From the human T2T-CHM13v2.0 reference genome, Homo sapiens: a stretch of 64,000 bases of DNA. The stretch lies in the NCBI RefSeq assembly GCF_009914755.1, contig NC_060942.1; one strand, 5' to 3'. Below are positions 1-14,129 of this stretch, in pieces (within the stretch, counting starts at the first letter, position 1; every line of letters begins with the position of its first letter). The position numbers and the translations under genes are program-made. The notes below the pieces were generated by a model. It did not search any database, was not told where the DNA came from, and worked only from the letters and a program-made list of their open reading frames with translations.

Positions 1-455
1 CTATTCACAATAGCAAAGACATAGAATCAATCTAAATGCCCATGAATTGTAGACAAGAGAAAGAAAATGTGGTACATACACACCATGAAATATAATGCAG
101 CCATAAAAATTAACAAGATCATGTCCTTTGCAGCAGCAACATGGGTAGAGCTGGAGACCATTAACCTTAGCAAACTAACACAAAAACTGAAAAACCAAAT
201 ACCACATGTTCTCACTTATAAGTGGATGCTAAATAATGAGAACACATGGACACGAAGAGGGAAACAGATACTGGTGCCTAATTGAGGGTAGACGGTGGAA
301 GAAAGGAGATGATCAGAAAAAATATCTATCAGGTACTATAATTAGTACTTGGGTGATGAAATAATCTGTACACCAACCCTCTGTGGCACAAGTTAACCTA
401 TATAAAAAACCTGCACATGTACCCACATGAACTAAAATAAAAATTAAAAGAAAAA
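1..455 (+). mobile_element. L1 3' end (older primate L1PA, PA13-16-like), running off the window start
   Basis: ORF2 C-terminal remnant (MWYIHTMKYNAAIK...PHVLTYKW) followed by an L1 3'UTR and A-rich tail. Confidence 0.85.
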
Positions 456-965
456 TAATGATTTTTTTATTCCACATGATTTTCCTCTTTCCAGTGGAGC
501 TTTCTTCTATCAAGAGTTATGCACTATCCTTCAACACCCTCCAATCCACTTAGAGAAAACCTGGAGACATATCGAAAATGAGTCCCATGTCATGAGTACT
601 ACGTGTCCCATATTCCTAGAAAACTCCATGACTTGGTCTTTATGTCCTGGCATTTTTAGCCTTGGATGTCTATGAGTTCAAAATGGTCTGTCTGCCAGTA
701 TGATATACCTAAGATAAAATGGTCCTATCACCTGTGAAATTCCATAGAGGCACCTGTTACATGGAACCATTTTTAGCTTCTAGAATTGTCATTCTTCATC
801 TATAGTGGGCATTGAAATCACTGGGAGTCTGGTTACAATGGCATATTTTAAAGTTGGCTCTTAGGGACTCCAATCTAGGAAGTCTGATGTGATTATCTGA
901 AACTTTGCCTTTTCAACATGTGTCAGAGGTGATCCTGACCTCTAAATGGTCTAAGGACCAGACCA

Positions 966-1635
<670 letters not shown>

Positions 1636-1660
1636 ACCAACTAGCTAAAACTATGTTTTA

Positions 1661-1663
<3 letters not shown>

Positions 1664-1701
<38 letters not shown>
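1664..1701. repeat. (GT)19 microsatellite
   Basis: direct reading. Confidence 0.97.
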
Positions 1702-1704
<3 letters not shown>

Positions 1705-1869
1705 GCATCCACACTTTACCATGTTGCTTTCTTTCATTCTCCAATGCCTTTCCTGAGTCCACTCTTTAAGACTCAAGTCATTTATCTATTCCTGAATTTA
1801 CCTATCCCTCCCCAGTCTGCCCTAGAAGAATTATCAGAATATAATGAACAGCTTTTTATTTATCCCTTG

Positions 1870-2020
1870 TATTATTTTATTTATTTGCATACCTGCTTTC
1901 CAACTAGTACCTGACCTTTTCAGAGGCAGTAACTCTATTTCATTTTATCTAAATTTCTTTAGGATCAAGCACAGTGAGTGGCATATGCGATGCTAATAAC
2001 TATTTATTCAATGAACAAAT
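1870..2020 (+). mobile_element. L2 3' end fragment
   Basis: agcacagtgagtggcatat...aataactatttattcaatgaa resembles the L2 terminus. Confidence 0.55.
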
Positions 2021-3221
2021 TTTCAAATGACCTTGAGTTTTTGAGGTTTTGAAAGTCAGGACAAGGATATTCACATTCACTACTGATTTATTTTTAACTA
2101 TTTCCTTATAGCATTTTCCACATTTGCTAATTCTCTTGGTCACCATGTTAGAATGAAGTATGAAAGTAAGACCATTGCTGTGTGTCAGGAGACCCTTTCA
2201 AACTATTGAGATATGAGGATCCCCTAATAATATCTATCATCCAGTAAAGAAACAGGATATTAAACTGAGAATGCCTTTGTAACATCCAGCTCAGTTCACA
2301 TATAAATAAACTCTGACAAGGTCACAAGCATGAAGTGTCCTTAATTTGTCTACTTTGTGTTCATACACTTTAAGCAAATTGTCTAGTCATAACCATATTT
2401 ATATTCATCCTCTGAATTTCAAGTGGATGAGAAAAGAGTTGAGAATGGTCAAAATAAGAACTATAGAGTAAATGTAAACATCAGTTATATACAAAAATGA
2501 CTACAATGTGCAGTTCCAACATCTGTTTATAATTCCTCTCACTGAAGAATAGGTTAAGAAAGTGGGCATGGTCAGGAAATTGTCCCTTCTGTTTACTCTG
2601 TTGTGAGTTGTTCTTCTTTCAGAACCTAAGTCCTGTTGATCCTTTTCTGGCCTACTACATGCTTTTTTATTTCACATGGTTTTGTGCATGGATAATTGTT
2701 TCTTTATATTAAGCTCCTTACTACAAAGAATTCCTACTCTCTTAGTCACTGTCCAAAGTTCTGATTTTCGGTATATGTTTTTTGTTAATACACTTTAAAG
2801 AGTTTGTCTACTATGCTGGCTAAGAACCTGCCACCATATTTAGCTGAGTTATAATATCATTTTCTATTTTCTTTGCCCTGGAATTCAGCTTCTTATCTAT
2901 GTGTTTCTTGCCATAAGCGTTTTTGTTCTTTCCCATGTTCTATTCTACACACAAGACAAGAAGTCGATTTTCACACATTTTAGCATGGAGGGGGAGAGGG
3001 TGGCCAGGAAACCATAATCCCAATTTTAGCAGAAACACAGGCACCATGGTAGTTCTTGTAAGAGTTGATTAAGTGAGAACTTCATGCCCAATAAATATGC
3101 AAACTACATCACGCTAAGCAAATCTACTAATTTTCTATTTGCCTTTTGATATTAACTAGTTGAGTTTGTTACTCTAACATCATAATTTTAAAACTAATAA
3201 ATAACAAGTAGAAAGAGTTTA

Positions 3222-3586
<365 letters not shown>

Positions 3587-4479
3587 GAATTTGGAGGATA
3601 CTATATAACCCAAGCTGCCCCTTTCATAAGTCAAATCTGGCAGTGATGTACACATGAGTTCAAGATGAGAAGACCCTAGAGGTCAGAAGACCAGTTAAAG
3701 ACCTGCAACCAGTCAAGATAATGACCGTGGTATCCATGGAGATGGAATTCACCCAGGTTGTGAACCTCTGCCTTTCAACCCTCTTTGGATAGCATAATTT
3801 ACAATGGTGTGTTGAGTTCTGATACTAGTCATATCGGTTAGGCCTTACAGAATTCAGAAAGCCCAACAAAGCACAGCCTTCATTCTTTTCTCTTGCTTTC
3901 ATGAACCCATTTTAGGCTTTCCTTGAGATGAGCACACTTAACAATAATTCCAAATCAGAAGGTAATCCACATGTAAAATAAGGCATCTAAATCTGAGATC
4001 CATGATGATTTCTTTTTCTAAAAGGGCAAAAAAGAAAATGCCGCAGTCCTGTCATCCCTCTGTTAATGAGTACTGAATTCACAGCTCCAGGTTCTGTAAA
4101 CCTCATTTAGATGTGTCAGCAACAGCCAGAGCTCTATTAAAGGTCTGAAACAGGAACAATAATTAAGAAGGCTCAATGCCAATTCCTTTCATCTTTAACT
4201 GCTGCTTACAGTTCATACACAACAAATACTAAAAGGTCATCAGAACTCATTGTATAATGACTGTGTATTTATATCCTCCAAATTTTCCCTCTAACAAAGG
4301 TAGTGATAATGGCCTGAGAAGAATTGGATTTGGCCATAGGGAATGGGAATAGCACAGGATAGAAAGAAAGGAAAAGATAAAAAGGCCAACTAAATGCAGG
4401 ACACACAGTATAGTCTGCACTCTGAAAATTCCTTTAAAATCACATCCTACAAAGGGCAGTCTACACATCCCTTAGAGAA

Positions 4480-4700
4480 AATAGTCTTAGTATCAAGAAT
4501 CAAGAGACAATGTTTATATCTCACTTCAATTGCTCACTAGCTGTGGAAAATTGGAAAAGTACTTAGTCTCAGGGTCTTGGTTTTGTTATCTATAAAGTTA
4601 GGGTTGGGGGACAAATAGTAATACTTGCCCTATGATTTATTTTCTTAGACTATTATGTAGATTAAATGAATTAACTCACATGAAAGTGTTTTAAAGAGTT
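4480..4700 (+). mobile_element. MIR
   Basis: ctcactagctgtg...ttggaaaagtactt...gattaaatgaatt...atgaaagtgtttt MIR core. Confidence 0.65.
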
Positions 4701-4976
4701 ATTTATGGATTGCACTAAAGAATAACGTGCTATTCCTACAATTTAACCATTCTCAAACTTTCATTTTCTTTCTCATTAAATAGAAAGGTTTGTTACTTCA
4801 TAGTAGGGAATTGCTTTGAGATTTGTCTTTCAGTGAAGGAGAGGACTTGGGCTGATTCATCCATGCCCCTCTGGTGATTAATGAAAAATACCTGTGAAAT
4901 CATCTACATGGACAGAATTACTAGTAACTAGCTACTAGTAGTTAATACTGAGTTATTAGTGCAGTTACTAACCACA

Positions 4977-5341
4977 TGATATGGTTTGGCTGTGTTCCCA
5001 CACAAATCTCATCTTGAATTGTAGCTCCCATAATTCCCGCATGTCATGAGAGGGGCTCCGTGGGAGGTAATTGAATCATGGGTGTGGGTCTTTCCCATGC
5101 TGTTCTCATGATAGTGAATAAGTCTCACAAGATCTGATGGTTTTATAAAGGGCAGTTCCCCTGAACATGCTCTCTCTTGCCTGCTGCCATGTAAGACGTG
5201 ACTTTGTCCCTCACTTGCGTTCCACCATAATTGTGAGGCCTCCGAGCCATGTGGAACTGTGAGTCAATTAAAACTCTTTCCTTTATAAATTACCCAGTCT
5301 CAGGTATGTCTTTATTAGCAGTGTGAGAACAAACTAATACA
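4977..5341 (+). mobile_element. THE1B-type solo LTR
   Basis: tgatatggtttggctgtg...aaactaataca termini, 365 bp; TSD ccaca/cccca. Confidence 0.92.
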
Positions 5342-5489
5342 CCCCACAACCCAGGAAAGCTGGATTATTATCACCACCTCACTCACATTTATAGAAAGGT
5401 AGATAGTTTTTGGCTGTTTTACGAACATTCTATATTACTTATAAGACTTAAAATAGTCTTCTCTAAACTGAGTCTTCCTTCTTACAACT

Positions 5490-6810
5490 CTCTACCATCT
5501 CTCACCTGGAGTACTGCTTCATCATCAAATCTTACATGACATTCCTCACGCAGCATCCAGAGGGTTTCTTTTCAAATTTAAGTTATCATGTTACTGGTGG
5601 TAAATCCATATGGGTCTGCAGCAACCTCAAAATTCAACTTAAGGGACACAAGGCAGAAAGAGAGACCAAGGCAAGCTTTAGAATAGAAGTAAAGGTTTAT
5701 TAAAAAGCTTTAGAGCAGGAATGAAAAGAGGTAAAGTACACTTGAAAGAGGGCCGAGCAGGTGACTTGAGTGATCAAGTGCACGGTTTGAACTTTTGACT
5801 TGGGATTTTATATGTTGGCATGTTTCCAGGGTCTTGTGTCCCTTCTCCCCTGATTCATCCCTTGGGGTGGGCTGTCCACACATGCAGCGGCCTGCTAGTG
5901 CTTGGGAGGGGAGCATGCACAGTGAGTTTACTGGAGTTGTGTGCATGCTCACTTGAAGCAGCCTTCCCTTACCAGTCAAATGTCACTAGCAGGTCATATA
6001 CCACTTAAACTCTGTTGTTTTGCCTCTTAGTTCACATGTGTGAGCCCACTCATCCAACTCCCGAGATCTTATGGGGAAGCTGCTGATCACTAGTTTCAGG
6101 GTTTTTCTATCTATTGGGAGACTTCCTTTCTCTGGCCCTAGCTGTGACCAATTATTATTTTAGAGAGACAGTGTAACAACTGCTGGACCATCACCTGATA
6201 GTCACCTGACATTCCTGGTAGGGTTGCTGGGGAGCCCTCTCCTGACCTGCTCATGCCTGACTGGCTACCTATGGGAACAAGCGTGTTCCCCCCTGCTCAC
6301 ATTTCTCCAGTGAGCATCCGTGGCGTAAAAGCTTCATATTAGCATCTTCTTCCCTCCTGCCCACCCCCCAGCTCCGCCACCTCTCTCACCCCATCTCCAT
6401 TCTCACGCTCATCCTTTTTCGCACGGCATCTTGTGTAGTTACCTGCTGGCTTTCCCCTGGATATACTGCTAAGAAAGCCCCAGCTTAAAGGCCTTTACTC
6501 TTAGAGTTTCCTCTTGAAATAATTTATCCAGATCTCACCGCAGAAGTCATCCCCTAGGAGATACCTGTCCCAACTGTAAGCGTCTAAGGTGGTTCCTGCC
6601 AGCTGCTGCTCCTCTTCACTTTACCCTGCAGGTTTCCTTCATAGAAACTATCAAAATCAGCAATTATTTTCTATACTTATTTATATTCTTTCTCTCACAC
6701 TGGAACATTAAGTCTCATGAGTGCAGGTATCTTGTCCACCTTATTCACCATCGCCTAGCATTATGACCAGCAGAAAACAGGCATATCAGAACATGCCTTC
6801 TATTTGTTGA
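5490..6810 (+). mobile_element. L2 3' region interrupted by MER50
   Basis: degenerate L2 motifs on both sides of the LTR, ending ...tatttgttgaa. Confidence 0.55.
5589..6279 (-). mobile_element. ERV1 solo LTR, MER50-like
   Basis: TG...CA ends; minus strand reads tgttcccataggtagccagtcaggcatgagcagg...gttgctgcagacccatatggatttaccaccagtaaca as in MER50. Confidence 0.8.
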
Positions 6811-8179
6811 AGGGGTGAGTTCTCAGAAAAGGAGAAAAGGGGAAATGTTTTAGTACTTAAAATTTTAATATTTATAACAGTGAAAATTGAAAAAGAAATC
6901 TGTGCAAGGGAAGTCTGGGAAAAGGTTAAGAGAGCTGAGTATTATGAGGTTAGGGAATTGTGTTTTATATACAGATGTCTGCTTGCAAGAAGTAGAATTG
7001 AGTGACATAAGTTATATGATTTCAGATTTGAAGTTGGAATCAAGTTCTAAATGTGCATACGACTACCACCACCACTATTAATGTAAAGAGGATACTAACA
7101 CTAGTAATACTAGTAACACTAGTAATAGTTTGGCACGTATGTTAGCTACTACTACTAATTTATTATTATTATTGTCATTAGCAGCAGTGGTAGCGATAGT
7201 AGTAGTATATTCATGAATATTTACCAAATAATATGAGGAAAACTTTCTAAATGAGTTTTATAGATATTATCTCATTTAAACAGTAGAAAAATTCCAGGAA
7301 GTAGATGTTTTACAGAAAAAACAAAAACAAAAACAAAAAAAAACATAGGTGACTTTCTCCTTTTTTTGGGTAGTAAGAGGTGGTACTTCGAGTTAGGTCT
7401 GGCTGATGTTAAAGAGAGTCCTATTCATTCATCACGCTGAGAAAATTCCCTCATGTGAAGAAAAGCATTATGCTCTGGAACTGCTTTTGATTCTCCCATA
7501 ATGTAAAATGGGGGTCTGGTTTTGCGTTTCTGGACAGATGTACAAAGTACTGAATTATACATAAGATCTCTTAGCATCAGTGAACGATGACACCTGGAAG
7601 GTGGTCCCTGTAGGTAAAGAAATGGGCAAACTGCAAATAAAATTATGCTTCATGCTTACAAAGGACAGTTTCTGTTCCCTGAATATAATATTTCTTGGTT
7701 AAAAATAAGTTTTGATTTCATTCTGGCACCAAAAATAGTATAGAATGAGAGCTTGCCTCCCAATAATGTTCTTACTATAATTACATTATTTTAGGTAAGA
7801 ATCATTATGTTTCTCCTGACACAGATGTTTATTTTCTTACTTTGTAGTGATTCTAACGAAAAATATTATGAAATTCCAGCTTTAAAAAAGCTAGTACAAT
7901 TTCCCAAATGCCCCCTAAGCTTGCCTTGTGATTGGTTTATTTGGTCCTAGTTACTTACGGGATTTTGCTCTATTAATATGCCCATTTGATGGACTCCTGC
8001 TAAAGAAGATGCTGAGCCTTTGAAACACGAGCATCTTTGGCTCCATAAGAACCTGCAGTGCATATCAGTCATAGTGTCATATCACCACTGATATTCTCAT
8101 AGCCATAGGACTTAGCCTTGAAGTAGAGGCTGATGAGGTTATCAAGAGAGTTTTACAGAACCTAGATTATTAAAATCTT

Positions 8180-8475
8180 TGTATTGAAGTATAACAAAGT
8201 ACAGAGAGGTGCACACCTTGTAAGTGTACAGACTGACGGATTTTTTATAAAGTGGCACATCTATGTAACCAGCACCAGATCAAGAATCAAAAGTTTATCT
8301 GCACCTCAGAAATCCCCTTACGCATCATGCCAGTCTTCTCTACCTGTCAAAGGGAATCAATCTTTTGACTTCTAACTTGGATTAGTTTTTTCCTGTTTTT
8401 GAACTGGATGTATAATATGTATTCTTTTGTGTCGGGCTTCTCACTATTATGTTTGTGAGATTAATCCATGCATTT
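8180..8475 (-). mobile_element. Old L1 (L1ME-like) 3' fragment
   Basis: attgaagtataa...taagtgtacag...gtaaccagcaccagatcaag...tttgtgagattaatccatg. Confidence 0.7.
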
Positions 8476-9969
8476 TTGCCTATCGTTTTAGCTCAGAATT
8501 CTAGATTTTTAAAAGCTTGAACGCCAACTCAATGAAAAGTGAGGATTCTATAGAGAATTCATTTCATTGTCATAACTCAGCCGGTTGTTTTCAGTAAAGA
8601 AAAATCTATATCATTTCCCCCTCACATAATAGATTAGTACCTTCTCCTACCCTTGCTAACCTGAAACATTAGTATTTCTTTTTTCAATGTATGCTAAGAT
8701 GATGACATTTTTCTAGAGGGTAAAAGATGTACTTGGACCTGTATTCTAATCATTTGCTCTTCTAGCAAACAGCTGATGAGAAAAAATATGAACCAAATAT
8801 TGGCCTTTACTAGAGATGCCGTTTATGTTTTTTTTTTCTAAGTGTTGCTAAAAGTGAAAATGTGTACAGTTTCCCCTTAAATGTCAATAATCTTCATGCT
8901 ACAGATGGAAATACTGTATTTTCTCTGAGCTTCATGGTAAGTCATTTGCTGATACGTAAATCTAAAGCCGTTTGAGGGTATAAGAAATACACATTTTCCC
9001 CTGAGTGACCTATTTCTACATGTGGATCTCTGTTCGAGCTAAAGTGTACCAGGGATCAGGGCAAGAAAATCACATTCAACTAGAGCATGTTGTAGTGATT
9101 TCACAGCTGCAGATGGTCAAGAGCACAAATTATTCCAGCTAAGGCTGGCATTAATCTAATCTCAAAATCCTTGATTCATTTCAGCCTATTTACAAAGCCA
9201 TCACAATTCCAAGATTTGCTTTTAGCCAATTTGCCCCAGTTAGTGAAAAATCATGTCCTCTTCTAGGGCATCTGTTCCACCTGCAATTCGAAGTCATGCT
9301 CATCAAAAGACCCTCATTTTGGAAGGTTCTAAGCCTATCTGCAGCTTTACAAATATATGCAGAGGATTACAAAATACAACCCACTGTATTTTGAAAATAA
9401 ATGTAGAAGCTTTCACAAATGTTCACTGTCCCTTGATACAAACAAGTGAAAAATGATTGTTCTTTGAAGTCAAGTCATATTTTGGTGTAGATTTTCACTC
9501 TGGCTTGTAAGAAACAGATCTTGACAATACAAAAGAGGTTGCATTTACATACTGCTTCCAGCAAATTCTTTAGAATGAAAAATCACCACAAGAATATAAA
9601 ACATGCAGACCATAGACCTGTCATAAGCACTGCAATGCAACTAAATGTTTAGCAATCCATGTGGAAGTGAAATATGCATAATGCATTTCAGAGCAAGGTC
9701 TTTGGTCTTGCCTCCAAACGGCCAAATGAACCAAACTGTTTGAAATTTTCCATATGGATTCCACTCTGGTGTCTTTTCCAATGTTTCTTTCTCTACTCAA
9801 AATTTGTTGTGCCCCCTCTCGGGGAGTTTACATCTTACTCATAATTTTAAAACTACTTCATATTCTACCTACTCTGTCTGAAGCCTTACTAAAGAGTGAT
9901 ATTAAATAATCTTAATGTTATAATCTTAATGATTATAACAACTAGAACAACAACAGAAACAATAGAAAC

Positions 9970-10190
9970 TTCCATTTTTGAGCTTCTAGTATGTCCTAGC
10001 ACTTCTTTAGATGTTGCCTATTGTCATTCTTACAATCCCCTAAAACAGAGTTTATGATTCTCAAGTTGCATGAAAGGAAACTAAAGCAATAAAAATTAAG
10101 TAACTCACCTCAGGCCACACGGCTAACATACAGCAAAATATAGGTCTGCCTGACTCCAAAGTCATGCTCCTTCTAGCGTGCTGCACTGAT
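9970..10190 (-). mobile_element. MIR
   Basis: gaaactaaagc...ttaagtaactcacctcaggccacacggcta...gtctgcctgactccaaagtc. Confidence 0.7.
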
Positions 10191-12972
10191 TCTCAGTAAT
10201 TTCTGAATAAAGAGGCAAGGTTTCAAGCAGTACCTGAGTAGGGATCTTCTTAACATGGACACATATCAAGTAGACTTGCCCTCTTTAATATTATTAAAAG
10301 TATTTTTAAAAGGAAATAATTGCAAATTGCACACACTATTGTTGCATTACCCAAATGTTTGATTTACAAGCATATCATACAAGTAGGTGTTTCATGTTGT
10401 CCATCAATTCTCAGTCATGCAGGAAATTATTTGATCAGTGTCTCAGTATTATATTTATTGTCTTCTTGAGTTCCTCCCTTGTCCCTTTTTGTCATGGGTT
10501 TGTATGTGTGAATGTATGTGTGTGATCATTTTCTACAAAGGCTGAACATCCAATAATTTTCATTTTTATTTGAGCTTTGCTTCCCTTTGTGAAACACCCT
10601 ACAGAGTTCTTCCATCCTATTCCATCAATCTCTCTTTACTGTGTGTTTTATTATTTTCTCCTTACACATTTCCTTCCATTCTTCTGTATATTCTTCTATT
10701 CCTTTTTTCTAGGAGGAAGAAAGAGGCGCTTCTATTGCTACTTCTACTGCTCTTGATGCCCCCAGTGCATCTTCACATGCTCCTCTTTGTCCTAAATGGT
10801 CAGTGCTTGGCACTGGTGCAGCTGCAGCTGCCCGTCATCAGGCTTCCCCTGGTGACCACTTTTCCCAGTCCCTTTTCAATCCATTAGTTGACTTCAGGAA
10901 GCAATACTAAAAGCATTCCCTTGGCGTGTGGAGTGGTTCTGAGGTTCACCTTTTAACCAAGTTTCTGAACAATAGAATTTTCTATTCATTTTCTCTCCAG
11001 AAATCAAGTTATTTTAGGGAGAAAGAACATGTTTCCTGGCAGAGGACTTTCTTGACTATTCTCTCTAAAAATGAAACAAACCCAGATCCTAATGTGTCCT
11101 AATTCCCTTACTATAAAGAGTCTCATCCCCTCAATGGTTTCCAAACTGTCCTTGAAGTGTATTTGTGAATCATTTCTGAGAATGTAGCATTTGGTCTTTA
11201 ACTCTTTGCAACCAAATCATAAGTCACAGAAACTCCTAGTAAATTATTGTATTGGTCAAGTTAGTCAAGCTTAAGGGAAGTCAAAGAAAAACATTTTTTT
11301 CTGAATTGTTAAGAAATTGCAAAGATGCTGTTCTATATACAATGACTTGAATGTTCAGTTCATTTGAAATGTATTATTCACTAACTGTCAGTGGACACAG
11401 TCTGATTTATTATGACATAAGCAATATTTTGAGTGGAAAATTAGTTTGTATCTTGAGGGACTTGAAAAATAAAACTGTGATGGGATAATAAGCAGATTTA
11501 AAGAACAAACCCAGTGAAACGAAAGAACAATTTTGACCTCTACTTTGGGCAGCAGATTATTCAAGCATGTGCTTTGAGAATAAGACACGCAAAATAAGAT
11601 TAAGGGAGATAATAGTAGATCTTATCCTTTGGGTCTTGGTTAAGTGCAGACATGTGATTACTACAGACAGACCTTACACGTTTCAGATAATTAAAAACAA
11701 TTTTGAGGCTCAATGAACAATGTGAATAACTCCACAAAAGGGAATGTTATTTTGAATACTATAAAGAACTCAATGAATTTTCAATAGTTTTTGACAAAAT
11801 ATCATTTTTGATGATTAGTGGAGCATGAGCTATGCATGAAAGAGAAAAAAAAAGCCTCACCTAATTCATCCAAAATATCATGTTCCTTAAACATTTATTG
11901 CTTCACATCACTTTAAAGCAGAGAAACTGTTGTTTGGAAAAACCTTGCACTTGAAAATTGTCATTCAACTTGTTAGGATGATCTGTGTTATTACTGAGAA
12001 AACAACTTTCCTGAAAACAGGTTCACACTGAGAAGAAAATGAATCAGAATTTTGAAATTCGTTGTTTCAACTCTAAATCTGTTAGTTGGGCAGTAGTTTA
12101 CAGGAAAGGATGGGATTTTTAAATTTACCTTTGGAAATTGTGGATTTTCTTGATGATTTGACAATCAACAATTTATTCTGTGAGTAGCAACTGTTTAATG
12201 CTGGGCTTTGTATAGCTTGACTTTTCTCAGCTGCACTGTATTACACCTGAGTCATTTGAATTGCAGCTGGGAAAGAAAAATCAGTTGGTTTCCTCAATTA
12301 ATTTTGCATGTGCATGGCTTCCCAAGGAAAACTAATGCTCTTCCAGCTTATCTAAATAAAGGCTAGTCAACATTGCCCATTGTGCTCAGCACTGCATGCT
12401 GAGAAAAATAGAACTTGTGAATCTTAACAAATAAGAAAAACCTATCAAACAGTTGTTTGATAGTTTCAAAGAAATGTTTTTTTAGATATTCAAAAGCTCC
12501 ATAACATATTCAAAGAAACTTGATGGACCCATTCACTGTGTCAGCTGAACAGTGAATGCCACCTTTGCTGCTACATTACATGGTCTACAAATTGTCATGT
12601 TTTGTTCAATAAAAAAACAGGCTTTATGTATTTTTAAAACCCCAAAGGTCTAGAACAATTTTTAAATTTAAAAATATTTCTAATGCTGAGCAAGTTTTCT
12701 TTTTAAACAGACATTGGGAGGATTTGCAGGAATAAGGTAACATTTTATATACCTGAAAGGATGTAATTAAAATTGTCCAATGTGATTAACAAAAACTTCC
12801 TGCATTTGTAAACATCAGTGCTACTGTGGAGGTTAACTACTCTCTAATGGTAAAACTGTTACTGTATCCATGTGAAAGAAGAAAGCTTTAAATAATTATT
12901 TTTTTTGGTGAAATTACATGAATTTCAATCCTGTTGTCATTTTTCACTCCACATTAAGTATATATATATGTT

Positions 12973-13271
<299 letters not shown>

Positions 13272-13934
13272 TTATGTTGCTAATGCTTAGAATCCCTTTA
13301 CCATAAGCTATTTCTTAACAAAAGAAAAAAAATTACAGTAGTACAGTTTTCTGAAAGACATGTTTATCTCCCTTTAAAAAATAATAATCCTATGCAAGTG
13401 CATTCCTCATTAATTTTACAAAGTAAGCAAGCCTGGGACTGGTTGGAGAAAAAAAAAGTTAAATTTATCACAAATATCCTCTTCCATGAACAGATAACTT
13501 TTTTTTTGTATTTTAGAAAATTCATCAAATGTTATATATTCACTTTGTAATAGGTTGTTACGTAAAACCTTATTCAGTTGGTATTTATTTCTGTGCCCTG
13601 ATCCATATAATTGTAAAGTATATATCATCAAATGATACTAGAAGTTCTTTCTAATATGCTTTTATCTTTGCAAAACTCTAAGAGATTTCAAAAATGCAAT
13701 AACTGTATCTTGTTAAAAATATAACAGAAATATGCAATTTGGTATAAACAAAATATAGATTCTACCACCTTCTCTTTTGAAATCACAGAGGGGAGAAATA
13801 GAAAACAGCAGTTCTTTTTAAGTGTCAAAAGCTCATAAAATTGTTGTCTGGATTAAGTGAAATGATATGAAAGCACTTAGAATAGTTCTAGGAATATAGT
13901 AAATATTCAAGAAATTGTAGCTTCCCTCATTTCG

Positions 13935-14129
13935 CATCTCTATATGGCAGAAATCATGCTTTTGTGTGTGCCTACATTCTAATATTTCACATATTGTATG
14001 ACACATTGAGGGTACTGAATAAATATTTGGTGAATCTTCACTAAGCATCAGGTACTATCTAAAGTTTTAGGGCTACAGATGGGAAAGAAAAAACTGTATC
14101 TGCTTTTAATGTGCCTTGTTTTTTGCCAT
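13935..14129 (+). repeat. Inverted repeat 1, left arm (part L2-derived, part unique)
   Basis: reverse complement aligns to 15580-15772 with 13 substitutions and one 2-nt indel (hand count). Confidence 0.95.

Noticed and set aside
12442-12463. Palindrome ctatcaaaca-gt-tgtttgatag
   Set aside because: A 10-bp AT-rich stem is expected by chance in 64 kb
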